Shown: in pieces, positions 1 through 9,802 of the stretch
How the letters are laid out: each line of letters opens with the position of its first letter
How positions within the stretch are numbered: the first letter of the stretch is position 1
The notes under the pieces: generated by a model
The model's database searches: none
The model's input: only the letters and a program-made list of their open reading frames with translations
Told to the model about the DNA's origin: nothing
Source: Octopus bimaculoides
Lineage: Eukaryota
Reading direction: 5' to 3'
Length of the DNA stretch: 33,175 nucleotides
Assembly: GCF_001194135.2 (NCBI RefSeq)
Contig: NC_069002.1
Span: 25,860,854 to 25,894,028, forward strand
Made by a program: the position numbers and the translations under genes

Positions 1-261
1 TATATTTGTGTACATGTATGTATATTGATATATATGTGTATGGATGCATACGTGTATGCATGCACACACACATGCACACACATGCTCACACACACACACA
101 CACACACATGTATATAAAACAAGGTAGTTTTGGTGAAGCATTGTGTGGTATAAAGATGGCTGTTGTGTGAGGCCGGAACAATGTGAGAAGTTAGAAAACA
201 AACTACAAAGGAAAGGAAAAACAAAGCAAAGTTGCAGTTTTCTGTTGCATTTCTACATTTC

Positions 262-594
262 AATACAAAAACTGGTGCTCCATCGCTTACGACAACAAGG
301 CAGCCGGTTGATCTGATTAGCTCAACAGCCAGCTCATTAAATTAACATTGACTGAGCATTCTGCTGACACACGCACCCTAACATAGTTCTCAGGGAGGTT
401 CAGTGTGACACAGAATGTGACAATGCTGACCCTTGTGAATTACAGGTACAACTCATTTCTTGCCAGCTGATTGGACTGGAGCAACGAGAAATGAAGTGTC
501 TTGCTTAAGGACACAACACATCACTGAGAATTGAACTCACAACCTTACATTCATCCTGAGGCGAACACACTAACCACTAAGCCATGTGCCTTCA
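262..594 (-). mobile_element. tRNA-derived SINE (family C)
   Basis: Minus strand begins GTGAAGGCACATGGCTTAGTGGTTAG (A-box TGGCTTAGTGG), then GTGAGTTCAATTC (B-box) and GTGTCCTTAAGCAAGACACT, a conserved SINE central-domain-like motif. Related head at 32270-32371. Confidence 0.8.
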
Positions 595-749
595 CATCAT
601 ATTTCTATACAAGGGGTCTTCATCCTGAAATATAGGAACACAACGTAAAACTGCAACTTCTTTTTTTCCTTTTCTTTTTCTAGTTTACTTTGTATACCTT
701 CTTTCATTGTTCTGGCCTTACACAATACACTTCTTTATATATATATATA

Positions 750-935
750 ATGATAGATCGCTGACCACTACATGTATATTTTTTTCTCTCCTTGTTTCTT
801 TCTGTGTTCCTTTCTGGGGAAGAGCGTAGGCTCGAAACATTAAAGACTTACTCTATTCCCGAGCATTAAACTAATACATCCATTTGTTGTTTAAACCACC
901 TGTCTTCGTCTGTTGCTTTTTTTCGTAAATTCTCC

Positions 936-940
<5 letters not shown>
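750..940 (+). mobile_element. Penelope-like pLTR-type repeat with degenerate hammerhead, copy 1
   Basis: ~190 bp repeat with a second diverged copy at 1349-1543. Contains CTTT-CTGGGGA-A-GAGC-GTAG-GCTC-GAAA-CAT-T-AAAG. Confidence 0.65.
810..845 (+). ncRNA. Minimal type I hammerhead ribozyme motif (mutated core)
   Basis: Stem I CTTT/AAAG, core CTGGGGA (vs CTGATGA), stem II GAGC/GCTC, then GAAA. Core substitutions suggest it is inactive. Confidence 0.55.
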
Positions 941-1015
<75 letters not shown>

Positions 1016-1200
1016 TAAATAATATATATATATATGCATATACCACACCACCCACCACCACACTACATCACCACACCACACCACCACACCACACACCACC
1101 ATACCACACCACACCACATCACACCACCCTGCACACACTAGCACTGACCACTTCCCAACACCCACACCATCATCCACACAGCTACACATGCACACACGCA
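935..1200. repeat. Compound microsatellite (TA)n, (AAT)n, (CACCA)n
   Basis: Directly visible. Confidence 0.95.
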
Positions 1201-1348
1201 CATGTCAAGGTCACCAACCCCCTTCCACAAGCACATACATGCTCTCACATACACACGCACGTGCACCTTTGTTTTGAGATCATCACTACTTTATTATCTC
1301 CCCTTCTTCCTAACTCTCTTGTGTGACCCCCTCTGTCCAGCATTCACC

Positions 1349-1543
1349 ATGATAGATTGCTAGCCACTAAACCTTTTCTATTTCCCCCCCTGTTTATTTC
1401 TGTGTTTCTTTCTGTTGAAGAGTGTAGGCTCAAAACATAAAAGACTTTCTCACTTCCCAAGCGTTAAACTAATACATCTGTTTGTTGCTTACACCTCGTC
1501 TTTGTCATTTGTTTTTTTTGTTTTGTAAATTCTCACTATATAT
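1349..1543 (+). mobile_element. Penelope-like pLTR-type repeat with degenerate hammerhead, copy 2
   Basis: Aligns with 750-940. Hammerhead 1407-1444 reads TCTTT-CTGTTGA-A-GAGT-GTAG-GCTC-AAAA-CAT-A-AAAGA, with a perfect 5-bp stem I. Confidence 0.65.
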
Positions 1544-2269
1544 ATGCATATATATACATATTTATAAGTACCTACTTACATCTATACGTATATACATCTA
1601 AACGTATATATATATATATATATACAGGACGTAATGAAATGTGTACAACAAAAAGTATGAAGCACGAGTNNNNNNNNNNATATACAGGACGTAATGAAAT
1701 GTGTACAACAAAAAGTATGAAGCACGAGTACATGGAACATGAACTATTCTTTCGAACAATGAGACACAAATGGAAGACAAAACTAACAACATAAAGAACA
1801 ACCCTTCATCAGTTGTTGGCTGTTTTTCTAGTCTCGTATTTCGAGCATTTAACAACAATGTACGCTTTTGATAAAACAGTTGCTCCTGCAAAGCAAATTA
1901 TATAAAATTTGGGATTTTGTGAATGGTCAAAATAGGTAACACAAACAGGACAGTGAAAACAAACAGGAACGGCTACTAAGCCTAAACGAGATTGTGGTGG
2001 CTAATGCATAAATCAAGCTAGGACAGGAGACAATCAAGAACACGTCTTCCTTGTTCCAGCTACAACGGAGAGAAAGAAAGAAATATGGCTGATGGTCACG
2101 TGGGATCCACGTGAGCAAGGGAGGAGTGAGGGAGAGAGAGTGACAGAGTAATAGGCTATGATGCTCCCCCACAACTTCTGCTCGTGATCAGAGATGCACA
2201 TATTGTCAGCCACCAAGGGACATGCGCAACTGGTTAAGGTCAAACAACTGACAAGCAAATCTGTGGTAC

Positions 2270-2334
2270 TTATTATTATTATTGTTGTTATATTTTTGTT
2301 GTTGTTGTTGTTATTATTATCATTATTATTATTA

Positions 2335-2386
<52 letters not shown>

Positions 2387-2387
2387 T
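2270..2387. repeat. (ATT)n microsatellite
   Basis: Directly visible. Confidence 0.95.
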
Positions 2388-2608
2388 AAGGCAGTGAGCT
2401 GGCTGAATCGTTAACATGCTGGGCAAAATGCTTAGCAGTGTTTCATCTGTCTTTACGTTCTGAGTTTAAATTCTGCCGAGGTCAACTCGGCCAGTCATTC
2501 TTTTGGGATCAATAAAATAAGTACCAGTTGAGTACTGCAGGTGCTGTAATCAACTATCTGCCACCACCACCCCCAAAAAATTGCAGGCCTTGTGCCTATA
2601 GTAGAAAG
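2388..2608 (+). mobile_element. tRNA-derived SINE (family B, (ATT)n-flanked)
   Basis: AAGGCAGTGAGCTGGCTGAATCG head and GAGTTTAAATTC B-box-like motif. Homologous copies at 16899, 19975, 20817 and 21030. (ATT)n on both sides. Confidence 0.85.
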
Positions 2609-2619
2609 TATTATTATTA

Positions 2620-2660
<41 letters not shown>

Positions 2661-3505
2661 GTAACCATCTTTACTCTCAGACATCTCAGCCTGCTAATCT
2701 CCATTCCAAGGTTGTTTTACATTGATAGATCTTATTTAAAACTTCCTTCCAACTGTTATTTTGGTCAGAAAGGATTGGCATATTTATCAGAATACGTAGA
2801 TATTTTTTCCTCTCTCAGTCTTTGAATTATGGTAATTGCAGAGACTGCTTTGATCTCCTTGTTAGTGCAGACATACATGTTATTTTCTGCAGCTCAAACT
2901 TTATTTTTATTTCTTCCTTTAGTGTAAAGCGTGTGATCATAAACAGCTTCCTATCATATTGGCTTATTTCCTTTCTCTGTCCATTCTTATAGAATGCTGA
3001 CTAGGAAGATTTTCATTCAATTTGTTTCAAAATTTTATTCATTTATTGTTTCGAAAATTTATTTGTTTAATTTAATTTAATTTTTTTATTTTTATTTCAA
3101 CATTTGTTTCCTGATATTTAGTCATGCTCAGACTTTAACGCTTTTCTTACCATATTTCTCTTGAAATTTGTTTCAATTAATTTCGAAAATAATGAAGAAT
3201 TCAGTAAAATAACTTTGGCATTATTAAGCTTGTGTTTGGAACATCAATTAGCAAACTTTTAATTGAAGGTTTCTATTTTAATTTTGAGCATTTCAAAACA
3301 GAAAGTTTGCATCAAACAATCAGGGACAGTTTCAGGTGGGTTAGTATCCAAAGGGTCGATTCTGGCATTAACATATTTCTGCCTTTGTCTCAATTCATTT
3401 TGAAAATAATGAATAATTTTGGTAAAACAACTTCATGTCTAGCTGATGAGACGTTGAATGTACAACTCTGGGTGTCAAATTAAATAATCTACTTCTGAGG
3501 AAAAA

Positions 3506-4333
3506 ATGAGTCCAGGGGGATAAAACTCCTGATCCAAACCAATGGTTCCCAGTGTAAAATCCTACCTAAATGGACCTGATAATATGATGGACACAGATTC
3601 GCCAGGAGACACAATCAGTGATTCAAAGTTGCTGGGTGCCATGTTGATCTTGAATGATATCAAAGAATTCATTAAATCCCAAACGATGGAAATCCTCAAC
3701 TCATTTGCCTCTATAAAAGCCGAGGTGGGACAATTGAACAAACATTCAACCAAAATGGAACGAGCCATTGATTTTAACTCCAGAAAAATAACTGAAATGA
3801 GATGGGAAATCGGCAACATGGTGGAAACACAAAATAAGTTTGATAATAAATTTATGGAGCTTGAACTTTATTCTTGCAGATCAAACATCCTCATCTATGG
3901 AATGAAACATATCAGCAATAAAGAATCTCCCGGCCAACTTGAACATTCTGTCAAGGAAATGTTGTTTATTTCTGCTCTTAAAATTGATGAGAACAAAGTA
4001 AAAGAGATGGTGCTTGCAAACATGCACCGTGTACCTTGAAGGAAAAAAGCCAGGTAAGCCAAATCCAATCAAAGTCAAGTTTGTCAGTGAAACTGATTGA
4101 AATTTTTTTTTTTTTTTACTGCTTGTAAATCCTTGAAATTTCTATCAGAGAGGAAAATTGGAATTCATAGTGACCTCCCACAAGTTCTGAAACAATTTAG
4201 AGCCAAATTGTTACATCGAGGCTGATACCTCGGAAATACCTACCATGTCCAGACAAGGATTTTTGAGAAAGGCATTACATTATCTCTACAATTCTGAAGA
4301 AGCACTGATCACCCATGGAAAACTGTTGGAATC
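3506..4333 (+). pseudogene. L1 ORF1p remnant (coiled coil + RRM-like)
   Basis: Reads ...MELELYSCRSNILIYGMK..., ...ANMHRVP*RKKPGKPNPIKVKFV..., ...IGIHSDLP. These match the L1 ORF1 motifs LExxSRRxNIxIxG, HR, PRPIxVxF and IxxDLP. Stops and frameshifts are present. Confidence 0.8.
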
Positions 4334-4604
4334 NNNNNNNNNNNNNNNNNNNNNNNNNNNNNNNNNNNNNNNNNNNNNNNNNNNNNNNNNNNNNNNNNNN
4401 NNNNNNNNNNNNNNNNNNNNNNNNNNNNNNNNNNNNNNNNNNNNNNNNNNNNNNNNNNNNNNNNNNNNNNNNNNNNNNNNNNNNNNNNNNNNNNNNNNNN
4501 NNNNNNNNNNNNNNNNNNNNNNNNNNNNNNNNNNNNNNNNNNNNNNNNNNNNNNNNNNNNNNNNNNNNNNNNNNNNNNNNNNNNNNNNNNNNNNNNNNNN
4601 NNNN

Positions 4605-4841
4605 TATATATGTGTGTGTGTATGTTTGTGTGTCTGTGTTTGTCCCCCCACCATTGCTTGACAACCGATGCTGGTGTGTTTACATCCCCCTGTAACTTAG
4701 AGGTTCGGCAAAAGAGAACAATAAATAAGTACTAGGCTTACAAAGAATAAGTTCTGGGGTCGATTTGTTCTACTAAAGGCAGTGCTCCAGCATGGCCACA
4801 GTCAAATGACTGAAACAAAAAAAAATAAAAGAGTAAAAGAA
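4605..4841 (+). mobile_element. SINE family A, 3' half (microsatellite core + tail)
   Basis: GTCCCCCCACCATTGCTTGACAACCGATGCTGG...GTGCTCCAGCATGGCCACAGTCAAATGACTGAAAC, shared with copies at 15781, 25503, 30833 and 33097. Confidence 0.85.
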
Positions 4842-6023
4842 TGTGTGCCATGCGTATCAACTTGGATTTCCATTCATATTTTTTTCTTTTTGAAAAATGG
4901 TGGGAAATCTTTTTTTTTTTTTTTGTTCTTCACTGGGTGTAATTGCTGTGTTTTTTGAATTTTGAGGGAGTGAATAGGTTTATTTGTGTTAAAATATTGG
5001 TTTAGAACTTTGAATTTCTGTTGAGATTGAAAAAAACATTGATTGGTAAGCAGTGAACTCCACTGCACTCCTGCCACAGCTACATAAATGAGCAGAGTGA
5101 CATGACGTTCTTGAACTGATGAATTTGTGAATTTCCAGGGACAATTCAGCAAATCTGTGAATATTGATACACATCTTTCTTCAGAGAGAAAGATTAACAA
5201 CACTTGATGCAAAACTCAGCTTTCAGCTTGTGGATTGACATTTCCTATATTTTGTTGCTCTTTCGAATAAGGTCAGACTTGCATTTTAATTTGATGATTC
5301 TGACCATAAAACGATTTTATTAGTATTCTGTAATAATTGTGTGACTAAACCCAGTTGCTACGTTCCATGAAGGAACGAAAGTTTTGGGTAAAATGTGTTG
5401 CTAAGGGTGGGTGTACGAATGGAAGGTATGAATGTCAGTTCTTGTGTGTGTTCAAATGCACGTCTTTTACTGGAAGGTTTGCTGGGTTCATTCCAATATT
5501 TTTTTACCATTTGTTATGCTTCTTATTACAAATCTGTTTTATATATCCTAAATGGATCACCTAAATATACTTTTATGTTCGGTCAACTGTAGGGGTCTTA
5601 ATGATTATGCAAAAAGAAAGGATGCTTTGCATTTTTTGAGAGCCAAAAAATATAAAATCAATTTATTGCAAGATACCCACTTTTTGAATGAAAAAGAACC
5701 TTTTATTAGAAGTGAACGGGGCTCTGAGGTACTATTTAATAATAATAATGGACAGCGAAGAGGAGTTGCCATTTTGTTTTCTAGTAATATTGATTATACA
5801 GTTTCAGGGATAGCAAGGACAATCTTCTGATGTTTAGTATTACTATTTGTGAGAAAAAGATAATTTTAGTCAACTTATACGGTCCAAATGCAGATGAACC
5901 AGAGTTTTATGCCATGATGTTTTATGCTAAGATGGAAGTCTTTGGAAACTTGCCTCGTATTATAGCTGGGGATTTTAATCTTTGTCTACAGCAGTCTTTG
6001 GATACTTTTAATTATCAACATAT

Positions 6024-6211
6024 AAAAAGCACCATTCGAACATAGCCGATGCCAGTGCTCCCCTGACTGCTCCCTGTGCCGGTGGCATGTGGAAAGGCAT
6101 CAAGCTGTAGAAGCCTTGCCATTTCAGATTAGAGCCTGGTGCAGCCTCCTGGCTTGCCAGCCCTTAGTCAAACCGTCCAACCCATGCCAGCTTGGAAAGC
6201 GGACTTTAAAC

Positions 6212-6242
<31 letters not shown>
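6024..6242 (+). mobile_element. RTE-tail element (SINE or 5'-truncated RTE) inserted in L1 endonuclease
   Basis: Ends CAACCCATGCCAGCTTGGAAAGCGGACTTTAAAC(GAT)n, like the RTE 3' end at 11950-12009. Removing it restores ...FNYQHI/NNPNARKQVIDM. Confidence 0.85.
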
Positions 6243-6244
<2 letters not shown>

Positions 6245-7403
6245 ACAACCCTAATGCGAGAAAGCAAGTGATTGATATGATAAGGGACCTCGACCTTGTA
6301 GATATTTGGAGAGATCATGACCCAGAAGTACAGGGCTATACATGGAGATATCCAAATCCTATTAGACAAGCAAGGCTAGATCTCTTTCTGGTGCTGCAGA
6401 ATTTATGTTCATTTATTTGCCAGTCTTCTATAAAAGTTGGGTACAGATCAGACCATTCCCTTGTCAACATCAAAATAAAATTTCCTGAGAAAGATGACCA
6501 TAAAAGTACATATTGGAAATCTAATAACTTCCTTTTAAGCAATCCAAAATACATTTCATCTGTTAAGGAAACCATTAGCAGTGTTGTCAAGCAATATGCC
6601 CCATCTTTGGAACATGATAGAGATATTAGTACAATAAATTTGTCTGAGACTGAATTTGTTGTAAATGATCATTTATTTTTGGAAACTCTATTAATGGAAA
6701 TTAGAGGAAAATCTATTTTATATTCTTCAGTTTTAAAAAAATTTAGAGTAAATAACAGAACGAGATCTGTTTAATGATATTAAGTGATTGGAAACCAATT
6801 TTTTGAAAATCAAGAAATTGAAGGAAAAAAGAAAAGGATTAGAGGAGATTCGTGAAGCAAAAATGGAGGGCATTATTATTTGCTCAAGGACCAAGTGGAT
6901 AGATGAAGAGGAGAAGGCTAGCTGTTATTTTTGCCATCTAGAAAATAGGAATTTTGTGAGCAAAGGCATGTCCCAGTTAGAGCTGGACAATGGGTCTTCT
7001 GTTGAAAGTACAAATGATATTGCTCTTGGAGCAACATCCTTTTATGAAGGATTGTATTCTTCCAAGGAGCTTGTGTTGGAAGATTGTGACCTTGATGACC
7101 TTTTTTTCTGCAGGGGATTTATACAGGCTTAGTAAAGGAGAATCTGATTTATCAGAAGGCCCAGCGACTCATGACAAACTTTTGAAATGTTTGAAAAAGA
7201 CAAAGAACAATAAAACTCCAGGGTCGGATGGGTTCACTCATGAGTTCTATAAGTTCTCTTGGAAAGATTTATCTCCGTTCCTGTTAAGATCATTCAATTA
7301 TAGCTTTGCTAATAGTTTTCTGTCAGTGCACAGAGGCAAGGTATTATTACCTGTATTCCAAAAGGAGATAAGCCCAAGTGCTTCTTGAAGAACTGGAGAC
7401 CTA

Positions 7404-7717
7404 CAGTTCTATATTTAAGAGATGAGGAATTATGTACATTATTTTCATTATTTACATTTGACGGATATTGGTCCTCATCTTGTTTCTTGTTAACAAAACG
7501 TTTCGGTTGATATACCCTCCAGACTTCAACAGGTGTCTTGGGGAAATTTCGAACCTGGGTTCTCATTCCTAAGGTATTTTTTGATATCATCATGATCATC
7601 ATGATCATCATCATTATTATTATAATTATTATTATTATTATTATTCAGGTCACTGCCTGGAATAGAACTCAGAATCTTGGGGTTAGTAGCCCGCGCTCTT
7701 AACCACTACGCCATATG
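7404..7717 (-). mobile_element. tRNA-head/(AAT)n/hammerhead-tail SINE, full-length arm (locus 1)
   Basis: Minus strand reads CATATGGCGTAGTGGTTAAGAGCGCGGGCTACTAACCCC...GAGTTCTATTCCAGGCAGTGACCTG, then (AAT)n, then the tail AAAAAATACCTTAGGAATGAG...GACACCTGTTGAAGTCTGG...GAAACG...TTAAATATAGAACTG. Confidence 0.85.
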
Positions 7718-7758
7718 TCTCAGTTCGATTCCAGGCAGTGACCTGAATAACAATAATC

Positions 7759-7814
<56 letters not shown>

Positions 7815-7834
7815 CATCATCATCATCATCATCA

Positions 7835-8066
7835 TCAACCAATTAATATCAAATAAAAGATTTTGAAAATTAAAGGTGTCTATTTACTTCCTGCATGTCT
7901 GAGTATAGCCAAACTCAACAGGAACTAAAGAGACAATGTACCATTAATACTCAGACAAGATCTAGCACCATTGTAAAGAATATTGAAACACTTACAGATG
8001 TCCTCACCAAAACCAAAGACTGACAATGTCTTGTTTATAAACGACCATGAAACAGAATCAAATGCC

Positions 8067-8068
<2 letters not shown>
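7835..8068 (-). repeat. Inverted copy of L1-RT/Tc1 junction (source 8502-8646)
   Basis: Reverse complement reads KAFDSVSWSFINKTLSVFGFGEDICKCFNILYNGARSCLSING, followed by the left end of the Tc1 element. Confidence 0.9.
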
Positions 8069-8112
<44 letters not shown>

Positions 8113-8188
8113 TGATAATAATAATAATGATAATAATAACATGAAAAAATACCTTAGGAATGAGAACCCAGGTTCAAAATTTCCCCAA

Positions 8189-8234
8189 GACACCTGATGA
8201 AGGCTGGAGGGTATATCAGCCAAAACGTTGTGTT
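8189..8234 (+). ncRNA. Minimal type I hammerhead motif (G12>A)
   Basis: GACAC-CTGATGA-A-GGCTG-(10 nt)-CAGCC-AAAA-CG-TT-GTGTT. Stems I and II pair. Confidence 0.7.
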
Positions 8235-8577
8235 ACCAACAAACAAGATGAGGACAAATATCCGTCAATTGTAAATAATGAACTGGAGACCTATTTCACT
8301 TCTCAAAACTGCCTATAAACTTTCTTCATCTGTTATTATTGAGAGGTTCAAAAATATTCTCCTGAAGATCGTTAGTACTGACCAAACAGAATTCATGTCT
8401 AACAGATACATTGATGATAACATAAGACTGATATACGATATGATGAATTACACAGAATCCAATAACATATTGAGAATGTTGTTTTCTTAATAGATTTTGA
8501 GAAGGCATTTGATTCTGTTTCATGGTCGTTTATAAACAAGACATTGTCACCTTAGTTTCCTGTTGAGTTTGGCTATA

Positions 8578-9155
8578 CTCAGACATGCAGGAAGTAAATA
8601 GACACCTTTAATTTTCAAAATCTTTTATTTGATATTAACTGGTTGAAGGAGGGGTTTTCTTCTAGCTGCTCGTCCATAATACCCAAGATTATGCAGATAT
8701 GTAACACACGTTCTTGGACTAACTTCCAGCCATTTTGCAACATCAGAAGCCTTCGAACGGGGTTCGTTTTCCACAATTCTCTTCAAACAGCGAAGCTTCC
8801 TTTTCGAGGGCCCAGGTTGGCCAGAACGAGAATCTGTTGATTTTTATCCTTGGCTTTTGAATTGCACTATAATTCTATTAACAGTAGCAAGAGGAATTTG
8901 AAGATTTTCGGCAATTTTTCACTGGCTAAGACCAGCCTCAGATTGCCCAACAATACAACCTCTTTGAAAATCTGACAGTTCTGCTGATTTTTTTGTGTGT
9001 GGCATGGTTCCTCTTCACAAATGTTTAATATAATGGCACCTGGAATGAGAAAGAATAATTACATTGTAAATTCTACACTGCTGAAAACATATTAAGATGC
9101 TTAGATCAGAAATTCTGAAAATTAAATGTGTCTGTTTACTTTCTGCATGTCTGTG
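8578..9155 (-). mobile_element. Internally deleted Tc1/mariner element
   Basis: TA at 8576-8577 and 9156-9157. ~44-bp imperfect TIRs: CTCAGACATGCAGGAAGTAAATAGACACCTTTAATTTTC and CACAGACATGCAGAAAGTAAACAGACACATTTAATTTTC. It splits the L1 GCRQGDP motif. Confidence 0.92.
8625..9005 (-). pseudogene. Tc1 transposase N-terminal HTH DNA-binding region, no DDE domain
   Basis: Manual translation: [48 protein letters not shown]...EVSPRTCVTYLHNLGYYGRAARRKPLL. Confidence 0.88.
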
Positions 9156-9450
9156 TAGACAGGGTGATCCTCTCTCTCCATATATTTTCCTCTTCTGTGT
9201 CGAAGTCCTGGCTGGTCTTATAAGAAACAGTGACATTAAAGGAATTACAGTTGACGATGGGGAGTATCTGTTGACGCAATATGCAGATGATACAGAGTTC
9301 ATTTTAGATGGTTCACCAAAGTCTTTTGAAGCTACAGTTGACACTTTGAACTTTTTTGCTGATACATTCAGATTTAAAATTAACTCTGATAAGTCTCAGG
9401 TGATATGAATAGGTGCAAGAAGGGACAGCCCAGTCAGATACATACCTTGT

Positions 9451-9802
9451 TACCTCTGCCTTAGTAAAGGTGGAGGTATTGTTTTCAGTTGTGTTTGTTT
9501 GTTTGGTTATTTGTTTGTCTGTGGACAAGATATCTCAAGAAGCACAGGATGGATTCGGATGAAACTTTCAGAAATGTTTGGCCTAAGCTGATTAGATTTT
9601 GGGCTCGATCCGGTACCAGACAAGGTTTCTGGATTATTATTTTTCCTGTTCTTTTACTTAATTTTTGACAGCTGTCAGGTTCATTTTTAGTATTCTCATT
9701 TGTGAGAGCAGTGAAGTTTATTTCAGATATTCTCATTTTAAAAATCTCTCTGGACATTGGTGTTGCCTTGGTGGAGGTTTGCACTCTCTGAATGCTCTTG
9801 TT
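9451..9802 (+). mobile_element. Helentron-associated non-autonomous element (HINE/DINE-1-like)
   Basis: 5' palindrome ACCTCTGCCTT-AGTA-AAGGTGGAGGT, (GTTT/GTCT)n core, 3' subterminal inverted repeat GCCTTGGTGGAGGT (9765-9778) and 3' hairpin GCACTC-TCT-GAATGC (9781-9795). It sits in a T-run, and the L1 frame resumes NLQWNSDYFKLLGVIFS. Confidence 0.75.

Larger units (their letters stand above)
7718..8279 (+). mobile_element. Same SINE, inverted 5'-truncated arm with captured DNA in the (AAT)n tract
   Basis: Starts in the B-box (CAGTTCGATTCCAGGCAGTGACCTG), then (AAT)n, insert 7835-8068, (AAT)n and tail 8141-8279. The whole composite is flanked by GAACTGGAGACCTA at 7390-7403 and 8280-8293. Confidence 0.85.

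Noticed and set aside
1621-1729. 49-bp exact direct repeat either side of a 10-N gap
   Set aside because: This is the typical signature of an unmerged contig overlap, so it is an assembly artefact.
1770-1850. CTGATGAAGG on the minus strand (1802-1811) and a similar CTGAGGAGGAG at ~31808
   Set aside because: No convincing stem II followed by GAAA at the right spacing, so not called as hammerheads.
913-2825. ORFs with poly-N, poly-I, poly-L, poly-Y or poly-H stretches
   Set aside because: These are translations of microsatellites with no domain content. The same applies to similar ORFs throughout the window.
4245-4695. Long ORFs spanning N gaps (also 18985-19680, 21352-22131, 27312-28151, 30036-30995)
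   Set aside because: They are open only because N codons lack stops.
7646-7717. tRNA-like sequence (also 26014-26088) containing TACTAAC
   Set aside because: No acceptor-stem closure, and it is linked to a repeat tail, so it is a SINE head and not a tRNA gene. The TACTAAC branch-point match is just the anticodon-loop region.
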